From Clostridiaceae bacterium (GTDB taxonomy: Bacteria > Bacillota > Clostridia > Oscillospirales > Acutalibacteraceae): a stretch of DNA of 64,000 bases. The notes beneath the pieces were generated by a model, which was not told where the DNA came from, did no database searches, and worked only from the letters and a program-made list of their open reading frames with translations. The translations under genes were made by a program, and so were the position numbers. The stretch lies in assembly GCA_016287385.1 (NCBI GenBank), contig JAEEWM010000005.1, positions 8,746-72,745 on the forward strand, written 5' to 3'. Of the stretch, positions 25,919-34,546 are shown in pieces (within the stretch, counting starts at the first letter, position 1; the number at the start of each line of letters is the position of its first letter).

Positions 25919-27793
25919 ATGAGCGATTATTTTATCGGCTTTGACCGTTCGGTCAGAAATGACGCATATGAGCACCTCGGCTCGTTTCTTTCGGATGACC
26001 GCGCGGTTTTTCGCGTCTGGGCGCCGTGCGCGGAAGCGGTCAGCGTCGTCGGCGATTTCAACGGCTGGAACGAAAACGCCAACTTTATGAGCAAAACTCA
26101 TTGCGGCGTCTGGGAAACCGAGATTTCCGGGCTTAAGGAGTATGACGTCTACAAGTATGCTATACGTGCGCCCGGCGGTAAAGTAACGCTTAAAAGCGAC
26201 CCTTACGCGCGCCATTTTGAGACTTCGCCCGCGAACGCCTCAAAGCTTTATGCTTCGCACGCTTTCGTGTGGACTGACGGCGAGTGGCGCGAAAACACCG
26301 CAAACGGTAATATATATGAGTCGCCCGTAAATATATACGAGGTGCACCTCGGCTCGTGGCAGCGTTTCGACGACGGCAACACCTACGATTACGTCACCGC
26401 CGCTAAAAAGCTTTCGGCTTACGTCAAAAAAATGGGATATACGCACGTTGAGCTGATGCCCGTGACCGAGCATCCGTTCGAGGGCTCGTGGGGCTATCAG
26501 GTGACCGGGTATTTTGCGCCCACTTCGCGCTACGGTACGCCCGATGATTTCAAAAGGTTTGTGGATATAATGCATAACAGCGGTATCGGCGTTATTCTTG
26601 ACTGGGTACCGGCGCATATGCCTAAGGATGAGTTCGGACTTTACCGGTTTGACGGTACGCCCTGCTATGAATATTCCGACCCGCGTAAGGGTGAGCATAA
26701 GGAGTGGGGGACGGCGGTTTTCGATTACGGCAAACCGCAGGTCATGAGCTTTCTTATTTCCAGCGCCTGCTTCTGGCTTAAAGAGTTTCATATTGACGGA
26801 CTCCGCGTCGACGCGGTCGCCTCAATGCTTTATCTCGATTACGGCAGAAAAGACGGCGAATGGATACCCAATTCCTACGGCGGCAGGGAAAATCTCGACG
26901 CGGTGGAACTGCTCCGGCAGATAAACCGCGCCGCTTTCGGCGTAAACCCGAATGTTCTTATGATAGCCGAAGAGTCTACCGCGTGGCCGCTCGTTACCAA
27001 GCCGGCGGAGGACGGCGGACTCGGCTTTAACTTCAAATGGAATATGGGCTGGATGAACGATATGCTCCGCTATATGTCGCTTGACCCGCTTTTCAGGAAG
27101 GACAACCACGACTGCCTGACCTTCTCGTTTTTCTATGCCTTTTCGGAAAACTTCATTCTCCCCATATCGCACGATGAGGTAGTGCACGGCAAGTGCTCGA
27201 TGATAAACAAAATGCCGGGCGGTTATGAGGATAAGTTTTCAAATCTGAAAGCGTTTTACGCATATATGATGGGTCATCCCGGCAAAAAGCTTCTCTTTAT
27301 GGGTCAGGAGTACGCGCAGTTTATCGAATGGCGGTACGATGAGCCGCTTGAATGGTTTATGCTCGACTATCCGGCGCATAAGAATATGCAGAATTTTGTA
27401 AAGGATCTTAATAAATTTTACAAAAAGAACAGTCCGCTTTGGGAAATAGACTGTTCGTGGGGCGGCTTCAAGTGGATATCCAACGATGATAACGCGCAGA
27501 GCATAATTTCGTTTTTGCGCACCGATAAATCGGGCAAACAGATGCTTTGCGTCTGCAATTTCGTGCCGGTCGCGCGTGAGAATTACCGTATAGGCGCGCC
27601 GGTATCCGGCGTCTACAAGCCGGTCTTCTGCAGCGACGACGCGAAATACGGCGGCAATACCGCGCAGCTGCCGGATGTTTTGAGTGAAAATGTACCCATG
27701 CACGGCTTTGAAAATTCAATATCAGTCGATCTGCCGGCAATGTCGGTAACGTTTTATAAGTTTACGAAGACAAAAAAGAAAGAAGCGAAATAA
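25919..27793 (+). CDS. glgB: 1,4-alpha-glucan branching enzyme
   Basis: CBM48 plus GH13 catalytic core: GVILDWVPAH, IDGLRVDAVASMLY, MIAEESTAWP, ISHDEVVHGK. Confidence 0.95.
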   Translation: MSDYFIGFDRSVRNDAYEHLGSFLSDDRAVFRVWAPCAEAVSVVGDFNGWNENANFMSKTHCGVWETEISGLKEYDVYKYAIRAPGGKVTLKSDPYARHFETSPANASKLYASHAFVWTDGEWRENTANGNIYESPVNIYEVHLGSWQRFDDGNTYDYVTAAKKLSAYVKKMGYTHVELMPVTEHPFEGSWGYQVTGYFAPTSRYGTPDDFKRFVDIMHNSGIGVILDWVPAHMPKDEFGLYRFDGTPCYEYSDPRKGEHKEWGTAVFDYGKPQVMSFLISSACFWLKEFHIDGLRVDAVASMLYLDYGRKDGEWIPNSYGGRENLDAVELLRQINRAAFGVNPNVLMIAEESTAWPLVTKPAEDGGLGFNFKWNMGWMNDMLRYMSLDPLFRKDNHDCLTFSFFYAFSENFILPISHDEVVHGKCSMINKMPGGYEDKFSNLKAFYAYMMGHPGKKLLFMGQEYAQFIEWRYDEPLEWFMLDYPAHKNMQNFVKDLNKFYKKNSPLWEIDCSWGGFKWISNDDNAQSIISFLRTDKSGKQMLCVCNFVPVARENYRIGAPVSGVYKPVFCSDDAKYGGNTAQLPDVLSENVPMHGFENSISVDLPAMSVTFYKFTKTKKKEAK

Positions 27794-27795
27794 AA

Positions 27796-28641
27796 ATGAA
27801 AGTTTCAAGAATTCATCTTAAAGATTTTTATCCGTTTTTGGGTGAGGAGGGAAGAGATCCTTTTGTTGATTTATATCTTCCTTATAACCTGGCGGAAATG
27901 GGGAGGCAGGATCAAAAGCGGGCGGCAATGGTGGTATGCCCGGGCGGCGGCTACTGGATATGCAGTGAGCGGGAAGCCGAACCGATAGCTCTTAAATTTC
28001 TTGATATGGGGTTAAACGTTTTCGTGCTGAATTACAGCGCGGCGCATTGCAGATATCCCTCTCAACTTATCGAGGTGGCGGCGCTTTTTGATTATATAAA
28101 CAAAAACGCCGGTGAGTTTCATTGCGATACCGAAAAGATAGGCATTATCGGCTTTTCCGCCGGCGGTCATCTTGCGGCGCATTATTCAAACCTCTGGGAC
28201 GATGAATTGCTCAAAAACCGCTTTGACGCGACCTATAAACCGGCGGCGAGCATTCTTTGCTATCCGGTTATTTCAACCAGAAATGCCCATAGGGGCAGTT
28301 TTGAGAATCTTTTAGGCCATTTCCCCGAGACCGAGGATGAAATAAACCGTTTCTCATGCGAAAAGCTCGTGGGTAAGCAAACGCCGCCGACCTTTTTGTT
28401 CCATACCTTTGAGGACCAGACCGTACCGGTTCAGAACAGTATTTATTACGCGGAAGCGCTTGCCGATAAAGGTATCCCGTTTGAGATGCATATATATCCT
28501 TACGGGTGGCACGGTATTTCCACTTCGGACTCCTTAACGCTGGATAGCAATAACGATAAACTGCCTTATATAAGCGACTGGGTAATTAAGGTAAAGCGCT
28601 GGTTGAACGTTTTATTTGACCTTAAACTCGGCGGAATATAA
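27796..28641 (+). CDS. alpha/beta hydrolase (esterase/lipase fold)
   Basis: CPGGGY oxyanion region, GFSAGGHLA nucleophile elbow, late His (GWHG). Confidence 0.8.
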   Translation: MKVSRIHLKDFYPFLGEEGRDPFVDLYLPYNLAEMGRQDQKRAAMVVCPGGGYWICSEREAEPIALKFLDMGLNVFVLNYSAAHCRYPSQLIEVAALFDYINKNAGEFHCDTEKIGIIGFSAGGHLAAHYSNLWDDELLKNRFDATYKPAASILCYPVISTRNAHRGSFENLLGHFPETEDEINRFSCEKLVGKQTPPTFLFHTFEDQTVPVQNSIYYAEALADKGIPFEMHIYPYGWHGISTSDSLTLDSNNDKLPYISDWVIKVKRWLNVLFDLKLGGI

Positions 28642-28665
28642 GCTGAAAAAATAGGAGATGTTTGT

Positions 28666-29880
28666 GTGATCAGGAAAAAATGTGTTGCTATGTTGCTGGC
28701 GGGAGGTCAGGGCAGCCGCCTTGGCGTACTGACCGCTAAAATAGCGAAGCCGGCAGTCCCCTACGGCGGGAAATACAGAATTATCGATTTTCCGCTTTCC
28801 AACTGCATTAACTCCGGAATAGACACCGTGGGTATACTCACGCAGTACAAACCGCTCGAGCTTAACGATTATGTCGGCTCGGGCAAGGCGTGGGACCTCG
28901 ACCGTCTTTCCGGCGGCGTGCATATACTGCCGCCGTATCAGGGGCAGAAGGGAGGCGACTGGTACAAGGGAACCGCTAACGCAATTTACCAGAATATCGG
29001 TTTTATCGAGCGTTACGACCCTGAATACGTGCTTATCCTTTCGGGTGACCATATTTATAAAATGGATTATTCCAAAATGATAAATCAGCACGTTGAAACC
29101 GGCGCCGCCTGCACTATCGCGGTGCTCGAGGTCTCAAAGGAAGAGGCTTCGCGCTTCGGCATAATGAACACCAATCCGGACGGCAGCATTTACGAGTTTG
29201 AGGAAAAACCGGCAAATCCGAAAAGCAATCTCGCCTCGATGGGAATATACGTTTTCTCGTGGGATAAGCTTAAAAAGTATCTTACGGAAGACGAGGCGAA
29301 CCGGGATTCTTCAAACGATTTCGGCAAAAACATTATTCCCGCAATGCTTAATAAGGGTGAAAGCCTGCGCGTATACCGCTTCGGCGATTACTGGAAAGAC
29401 GTCGGCACGGTCGATTCGCTGTGGGAAGCGAATCTCGACCTATTAAATCCGCGTATAGACCTTAATCTTTCCGATCCGAACTGGCGCATTTATTCCCGCG
29501 CGGGCGAATTTCCGCCGCATTTTATATCCGATAAGGCAAAGGTGGAAAACTCGCTTATAACCGACGGCTGTGAGGTGTACGGCAACCTTGATTACTCAAT
29601 ACTGTTTGAGAACGTGACGGTCGAGGAGGGCGCTTCGGTTGAGTATTCGCTCGTAATGCCGGGCGCCGTAATCAAGAAGGGTGCGAAGGTGCGCTATTCG
29701 ATTATCGCGGAAGACGCCGTGATAGGTGAAAACGCGGCGGTCGGCGCGCCGCCCGAAAGCGTTTCTCCCGAGCAGTTCGGCATATCGGTAGTCGGCGATA
29801 ATCTCACCGTAGGCAAGAACGCGAAGATAGGACCGAAAACGGTGATAACCGAGAATGTGGAAGAGGGGGCGAGCATATGA
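28666..29880 (+). CDS. glgC: glucose-1-phosphate adenylyltransferase
   Basis: [15 protein letters not shown]...[14 protein letters not shown] signature with a C-terminal left-handed beta-helix. GTG start. Confidence 0.93.
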   Translation: MIRKKCVAMLLAGGQGSRLGVLTAKIAKPAVPYGGKYRIIDFPLSNCINSGIDTVGILTQYKPLELNDYVGSGKAWDLDRLSGGVHILPPYQGQKGGDWYKGTANAIYQNIGFIERYDPEYVLILSGDHIYKMDYSKMINQHVETGAACTIAVLEVSKEEASRFGIMNTNPDGSIYEFEEKPANPKSNLASMGIYVFSWDKLKKYLTEDEANRDSSNDFGKNIIPAMLNKGESLRVYRFGDYWKDVGTVDSLWEANLDLLNPRIDLNLSDPNWRIYSRAGEFPPHFISDKAKVENSLITDGCEVYGNLDYSILFENVTVEEGASVEYSLVMPGAVIKKGAKVRYSIIAEDAVIGENAAVGAPPESVSPEQFGISVVGDNLTVGKNAKIGPKTVITENVEEGASI

Positions 29881-30995
29881 TAGCTACGGCAGTATCGGGC
29901 ATCATTTTTGCCAATTCACGCGATGAGGCTATTGAAAAGATGACGAAGGTCCGCTCAATGGCGTCACTTCCGTTCGGCGGCAGATACCGCGTAATCGATT
30001 TTTGCCTTTCAAATCTCGTGAACGCCGGTATTACAAGCGTAGGCGTCATAACCAAATCGAATTACCGCTCGCTTATGGACCATATAGGCAGCGGCGCTTT
30101 CTGGGACCTCGACCGCAAGCGTGGCGGCGTCCATATTCTGCCGCCGTTTAACATTAGCGGCGCGAGGCGCTATCACGGCTATGTTGAGGCGCTTTACGGC
30201 GCTATGGATTTCCTCAACAGGTGCAATTCCGATTACGTTGTTTTGTGTGACGGCTGCGTAGTGGCAAACGTCGATATAGCGGCGGCGGTCGATTTTCATA
30301 TTAAAAAGAACGCCGATATTACGGTGGTTTACAGAAGCGGCGTGCAGGTCAAAGACGTTAAGAATATGATGACGATGAAGCTTGACAGCGACGACCGCCT
30401 TGTTTCGGTCAATTTTCCGCGCAGCATCGCGGCTGACGACCTCGCAAGCCTCGGAATACTCGTTTTCCGCCGCGACCTGCTTATAGAGCTTGTAAATAAC
30501 GCCTATGAAAACGGCGGCAGGAATATCGACGTCGATATAATAGCCGACCGCGTAGGCGATTTAAGAATATGCGGTTACGCGCATAACGGCTTTTCCGCCG
30601 TTATGACCGATATGAAGGCGTATACCGAGGCGAATATGCGCCTGCTCGATAAAGAAGTAAGAGCGGATCTCTTTAACCCGAAACGCAGGATAATGACCAA
30701 GAACCGCGACGATATGCCCACGCGCTACGGTACTAAAGCCGAAGTCAAAAACTCCTTTGTCGCGGACGGCTGTGTTATCGACGGTGAGGTTTCAAACAGT
30801 ATCCTTTTCCGCGGCGTCACGGTCAGAAGAGGCGCCAAGGTCGTCGATTCGATAATAATGCAGGACTGCGTTATAGGTGAAAACGCCATAGTCAGCGACG
30901 TGATACTGGATAAGAAAGTCGGCGTCAACAGCAACACGGTATTAAAGGGAACCGCGGACTGTGCGCTTTACGTGGAAAAGAATCAAAAGCTTTAG
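29877..30995 (+). CDS. glgD: glucose-1-phosphate adenylyltransferase subunit GlgD
   Basis: Degenerate GlgC paralog ([12 protein letters not shown]). ATGA overlap with glgC, the typical Firmicute glgCD pair. Confidence 0.9.
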   Translation: MIATAVSGIIFANSRDEAIEKMTKVRSMASLPFGGRYRVIDFCLSNLVNAGITSVGVITKSNYRSLMDHIGSGAFWDLDRKRGGVHILPPFNISGARRYHGYVEALYGAMDFLNRCNSDYVVLCDGCVVANVDIAAAVDFHIKKNADITVVYRSGVQVKDVKNMMTMKLDSDDRLVSVNFPRSIAADDLASLGILVFRRDLLIELVNNAYENGGRNIDVDIIADRVGDLRICGYAHNGFSAVMTDMKAYTEANMRLLDKEVRADLFNPKRRIMTKNRDDMPTRYGTKAEVKNSFVADGCVIDGEVSNSILFRGVTVRRGAKVVDSIIMQDCVIGENAIVSDVILDKKVGVNSNTVLKGTADCALYVEKNQKL

Positions 30996-31006
30996 GAGAA
31001 AAGAGT

Positions 31007-32434
31007 ATGAAAGTATTATTTGCCGCAAGCGAGGCATTGCCCTTTGCTATGTCAGGCGGACTTGCCGACGTGGCGGGCGCGCTCCCGAAGGCGCTCAGGC
31101 GACGGCTTATTGGATGCAGGGTAATAATGCCGCTTTACAGCACCATAAGCGAAGAGTTGAAATCGGGAATGAAGTTTTTATGTCACATAACCGTGCCGGT
31201 TTCGTGGCGGCGGCAGTATTGCGGCGTCTTTGAAGCACACGTTGACGGCGTCATATATTACCTTATCGATAATCAGTATTATTTTAAGCGCGACGGGCTT
31301 TACGGATATTATGACGACGCCGAGCGTTACGCCTTTTTCTCACGCGCCGTACTTGAAGTGATACCGTATATTGATTTTGTGCCGGATATTATTCACTGCA
31401 ACGACTGGCAAACCGCCATGATACCGGTTTACCTCAATGAAATGTACAGGGCAAACCCGCTTTACGGCAATATAAAAACCGTATTTACGATACATAATAT
31501 TCAGTATCAGGGCAAGTACGGTATGGAACTTTACGGTGATGTTTTAGGACTTCCCGAGGGCAGGGAGAGCATCGTTGAGTACGATTCCTGCGTAAATCTC
31601 ATGAAGGGCGCCATACAGTGCGCGGATAAGGTTACCACCGTGTCGCCGACCTACGCAAACGAGATTCTGACGCCCTATTATTCGCACGGACTCGATGAGA
31701 TTCTCAAAAAATTCACCTATAAACTGACCGGTATAGTAAACGGCATAGACGTTGACGTCTACAACCCGGAAACCGACGGCATGATATTCAAAAACTTCTC
31801 CGTCGATACGGTGGCTGATAAGGCGGAAAACAAAAAACAGCTTCAAAAGCAGATGAATCTGCCGCAAAGGGATGTGCCGCTTATCGGCATAGTCAGCCGC
31901 CTTGTCAAGCATAAGGGCTTCGACCTCGTAAAATGCGTCTTTGAAGAGCTGCTTAAAGCCGATATTCAGTTCGTTATTCTGGGTTCCGGTGAATGGGAGT
32001 TTGAGACGTTCTTTTATGATATGGCGGGCAAATATAAGGATAAAGTCGCATTGAAGCTCGGCTTTGACGCGACGCTCGCGCACCGTATTTATGCCGGCGC
32101 GGATATATTCCTTATGCCGAGCCTCAGCGAGCCGTGCGGACTTGCGCAAATGGTGGCGCTCCGTTACGGTACCGTGCCGATAGTCAGAAAAACGGGCGGG
32201 CTTAACGATACCATAACCGACAGCGGCGACGGCAAGGGCAACGGCTTTACATTTGCGGATTTCAACGCGCACGATATGCAAAACGCCGTTTGGCGCGCCG
32301 TGGGCGGATACGCTGACAAAAAGGGCTGGAACCTGCTTCGCACGCGCTGTATGAAGTGCGATAACAGCTGGGGCGCTTCCGCAAGGATGTATATAGGACT
32401 TTACAGAGAGCTTTGTCCTCCCAAAGCAAAATAA
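31007..32434 (+). CDS. glgA: glycogen synthase
   Basis: KVLFAASEALPFAMSGGLADV start and the C-terminal PSLSEPCGLAQMVALRYGT motif. Confidence 0.95.
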   Translation: MKVLFAASEALPFAMSGGLADVAGALPKALRRRLIGCRVIMPLYSTISEELKSGMKFLCHITVPVSWRRQYCGVFEAHVDGVIYYLIDNQYYFKRDGLYGYYDDAERYAFFSRAVLEVIPYIDFVPDIIHCNDWQTAMIPVYLNEMYRANPLYGNIKTVFTIHNIQYQGKYGMELYGDVLGLPEGRESIVEYDSCVNLMKGAIQCADKVTTVSPTYANEILTPYYSHGLDEILKKFTYKLTGIVNGIDVDVYNPETDGMIFKNFSVDTVADKAENKKQLQKQMNLPQRDVPLIGIVSRLVKHKGFDLVKCVFEELLKADIQFVILGSGEWEFETFFYDMAGKYKDKVALKLGFDATLAHRIYAGADIFLMPSLSEPCGLAQMVALRYGTVPIVRKTGGLNDTITDSGDGKGNGFTFADFNAHDMQNAVWRAVGGYADKKGWNLLRTRCMKCDNSWGASARMYIGLYRELCPPKAK

Positions 32435-32442
32435 ACCGTTTA

Positions 32443-32479
32443 ACGCGGCGTTCACCCGGTGAACGCCGCGTATTGTTTT
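32443..32479 (+). terminator. rho-independent terminator after glgA
   Basis: ACGCGGCGTTCAC-ccg-GTGAACGCCGCGT followed by ATTGTTTT. Confidence 0.85.
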
Positions 32480-32570
32480 CACATAGACTGTAATAAAAGA
32501 TTTTTATCGTGTTTAGAAATCAAAAAAACGGGTAAAAATATGGATAGAACAGTTCGGAGTGTGAAAGAAA

Positions 32571-32915
32571 ATGAACATAAAACGCGGAGATATATATTAT
32601 GCCGATTTAAGTCCGGTGGTAGGGTCCGAGCAGGGCGGGGTGCGCCCCGTGCTGATAGTGCAGAACGACGTCGGCAATAAATACAGTCCGACGGTAATAG
32701 CCGCCGCCATAACGAGTCAGCAGGATAAAAGCAGCCTGCCTACGCACATAAACTTAAGCGCAGCGGGCAGCGGACTGCAAAAGGACTCGATAGTTTTACT
32801 TGAACAGGTGCGAACGATTGATAAAACCCGCCTGCGAGAAAAAATGGGCGCGCTTGACAACAGGTCCATGAATATGGTGGACAAGGCGATTTCGGTAAGC
32901 TTCGGGCTTAATTAA
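32571..32915 (+). CDS. mazF: MazF/PemK/EndoA family type II toxin endoribonuclease
   Basis: IKRGDIYYADLSPVVGSEQGGVRPVLIVQNDVGNKYSPTVI is close to Bacillus EndoA/NdoA. Confidence 0.9.
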   Translation: MNIKRGDIYYADLSPVVGSEQGGVRPVLIVQNDVGNKYSPTVIAAAITSQQDKSSLPTHINLSAAGSGLQKDSIVLLEQVRTIDKTRLREKMGALDNRSMNMVDKAISVSFGLN

Positions 32916-32919
32916 CCGC

Positions 32920-32948
32920 TTGACAATATGCTCGCGTTAAAGTAAAAT
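32920..32948 (+). promoter_or_regulatory. sigma-A type promoter of tRNA-Leu
   Basis: TTGACA, 17 nt, TAAAAT, 21 nt upstream of the tRNA 5' end. Confidence 0.65.
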
Positions 32949-32969
32949 AGACTGGTCGAAAGACCTGCC

Positions 32970-33053
32970 GCGGGTGTGGCGGAATTGGCAGACGCGCCAG
33001 ACTTAGGATCTGGTGTCACCGACATGCAGGTTCGATCCCTGTCACCCGCACCA
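32970..33053 (+). tRNA. tRNA-Leu(TAG): tRNA-Leu (anticodon TAG)
   Basis: Acceptor GCGGGTG/CACCCGC, anticodon arm CCAGA-CTTAGGA-TCTGG, long variable arm, T-arm GGTTCGATCC, encoded CCA. Confidence 0.9.
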
Positions 33054-33056
33054 TGA

Positions 33057-33092
33057 AAAAAGTCTCTTTTGTTTACCAAAAGAGACTTTTTT
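33057..33092 (+). terminator. rho-independent terminator after tRNA-Leu
   Basis: AAAAAGTCTCTTTTG-tttac-CAAAAGAGACTTTTT plus T. Confidence 0.85.
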
Positions 33093-33094
33093 CA

Positions 33095-33267
33095 ATGATA
33101 TCCGTTCCTTATCGGAACGGATGATATACCTTCGGTATGATATCCATAAAGGATGATATATGCCTCCGGCATATGAAGGAACGGATATTATATCATATTG
33201 CGACGAAGGAGCAATATATCACGCCGCGCTTAAACGCGGTATATCATGCGGCGAAGCCGTATATCAT
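33095..33267. repeat. array of short hairpins punctuated by the 7-mer ATGATAT and its complement ATATCAT
   Basis: ATGATAT at 33095, 33121, 33137 and 33153, with degenerate ATGAAGG at 33173. Then ATATCAT/C at 33190, 33216, 33241 and 33261. Intervening 9-19 nt segments are each self-complementary, e.g. CCGTTCC-ttatc-GGAACGG, ATGCC-tcc-GGCAT, ATTGC-N9-GCAAT, GCGGC-gaa-GCCGT. Confidence 0.85.
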
Positions 33268-33420
33268 TAAATGCATTATTCATTAAATCAAGCGTGTGGG
33301 GTTTTCTGCCGGACGAGATTCGCCCGCCGCAACGCGGCGGCACGCACGCGGGCTTTGCGACCGTTCGCTGAAAGGTCGCAATTTGCTCCGCAAACCGCCC
33401 TGTTCGAATCTCTGCCTTAT

Positions 33421-33459
33421 AAGAAATATCCCCATACCGCAAAAGCGGTATGGGGATAT
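33421..33459 (-). terminator. rho-independent terminator of the tRNA-Met/tRNA-Glu unit
   Basis: ATATCCCCATACCGC-aaaa-GCGGTATGGGGATAT. On the minus strand it is followed by TTCTT. Confidence 0.75.
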
Positions 33460-33460
33460 T

Positions 33461-33536
33461 TGGTGACCCGGACGAGATTCGAACTCGTGTTACCGCCGTG
33501 AAAGGGCGGTGTCTTAGGCCTCTTGACCACCGGGCC
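33461..33536 (-). tRNA. tRNA-Glu(TTC): tRNA-Glu (anticodon TTC)
   Basis: Minus strand reads GGCCCGGTGGTCAAGAGGCCTAAGACACCGCCCTTTCACGGCGGTAACACGAGTTCGAATCTCGTCCGGGTCACCA. Cloverleaf is intact and CCA is encoded. Confidence 0.9.
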
Positions 33537-33538
33537 GG

Positions 33539-33615
33539 TGGTGGCTGTAATTGGATTCGAACCAATGACACTCCGGGTATGAACCGAATGCTCTAGCCAA
33601 CTGAGCTATACAGCC
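33539..33615 (-). tRNA. tRNA-Met(CAT): tRNA-Met, elongator type (anticodon CAT; Ile2-lysidine not excluded)
   Basis: Minus strand reads GGCTGTATAGCTCAGTTGGCTAGAGCATTCGGTTCATACCCGGAGTGTCATTGGTTCGAATCCAATTACAGCCACCA. G1-C72 pair and no GGG/CCC anticodon stem, so it is not an initiator. Confidence 0.85.
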
Positions 33616-33637
33616 GTATAAATTGGGCGACCTACAT

Positions 33638-33666
33638 ATTATATAAGTTATTATCGTATTTGTCAA
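33638..33666 (-). promoter_or_regulatory. sigma-A consensus promoter of the tRNA-Met/tRNA-Glu unit
   Basis: Minus strand TTGACA, 17 nt, TATAAT. Confidence 0.75.
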
Positions 33667-33672
33667 GGAAAA

Positions 33673-33704
33673 AATACAAAAAAGGCGGCGCATCGCGCCG
33701 CCTT
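33673..33704 (-). terminator. rho-independent terminator of the 33716-34288 gene
   Basis: AAGGCGGCGC-atc-GCGCCGCCTT. On the minus strand it is followed by TTTTTTGTATTTTTT. Confidence 0.85.
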
Positions 33705-33715
33705 ACCGTTAAATA

Positions 33716-34288
33716 TTATATTCCGCTCGAAATACCCTTTAATTCCGAATAAATGATGTTAAACCCGAAAGCCGAAGCTTCATTCGGCACGAAGAGCGTT
33801 TTTGCCTCGGTTATAAAATCATCGTCATCGTGCGGACTTACCGTTACCGAAGAATAAACCGTAAAACTGCCGTCCTCGTTTTCATCTATTCCTGTTATTC
33901 TATGGCTGTATGCCGTGTAACCCCTCGGGTTGATGTAGACGTATCCGTCTCTGTGCACGCTTGCATCCTCGCTTATATCGGTTATCTCAATGCCGTACAT
34001 ATCGTTTACAAAGCCGGTTACCACCGCTTCCGGCAGGTACTGCGAGTTGCTGTCCTCTCGCTTATCGAGTATGGCAAGCAGGGAATTCTGCGTTACCGTA
34101 TCGGCGCACTCAAAATCCGAATTATAGCAGAAATTGCGGTTAAGCATATTGAGAAAACGCGCTTCCGACGGGTTTTGCGCGGGCTCGCTTTGCGGCGTTG
34201 CCACATTGGCGGAGGCGGGGGTGAACGCACAGGCGAGAAGCACTAAAACGCATACCGAGAGAGCCAGTATTACAAGACCTTTTTTCAT
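33716..34288 (-). CDS. secreted/lipoprotein-like hypothetical protein
   Basis: ATG 34288 gives MKKGLVILALSVCVLVLLACAF signal/lipobox; the ORF-track start is 34336. No recognised domain. Confidence 0.65.
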   Translation of the reverse strand: MKKGLVILALSVCVLVLLACAFTPASANVATPQSEPAQNPSEARFLNMLNRNFCYNSDFECADTVTQNSLLAILDKREDSNSQYLPEAVVTGFVNDMYGIEITDISEDASVHRDGYVYINPRGYTAYSHRITGIDENEDGSFTVYSSVTVSPHDDDDFITEAKTLFVPNEASAFGFNIIYSELKGISSGI

Positions 34289-34460
34289 ATGCGACACCTC
34301 CCGGAATTTCTTTATCTTATTATACTTGTAAATCACGGAAAAGTAAGCAACAATTCAGTTACAAATAATTTCAATTTTGTTACATATTGAGGAAATTTTT
34401 GCAAAAATTTAACTATTGTGACAAATTAACAATTTTAATTATCATTTTGAAAAAAATCAG

Positions 34461-34489
34461 TTGTAATTGCATAAATATTATGGTATACT
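34461..34489 (+). promoter_or_regulatory. sigma-A type promoter of the EF-G paralog
   Basis: TTGTAA, 17 nt, TATACT, with TGg immediately upstream of the -10. Confidence 0.55.
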
Positions 34490-34546
34490 CGTATTATCGT
34501 GAAAAAAGCGTAACAACGCTTAAAATCATTAAAGGAGTGCTTTATT

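Noticed and set aside
32459-32680. 73-aa ORF upstream of and overlapping mazF as a candidate antitoxin
   Set aside because: It starts inside the glgA terminator hairpin, overlaps mazF out of frame, is highly basic with no RHH/AbrB-like pattern, and has no RBS.
33095-33267. Possible CRISPR array
   Set aside because: The repeats are only 7 nt and the spacers are 9-19 nt and individually palindromic. Repeat orientation flips mid-array, and there are no cas genes. This is not CRISPR.
33230-33571. ORFs 33230-33571 (-) and 33271-33501 (+) in the tRNA region
   Set aside because: They run through tRNA-Glu and the hairpin array. Peptides such as TRTRFELV are the usual translation of tRNA T-arms. They are not genes.
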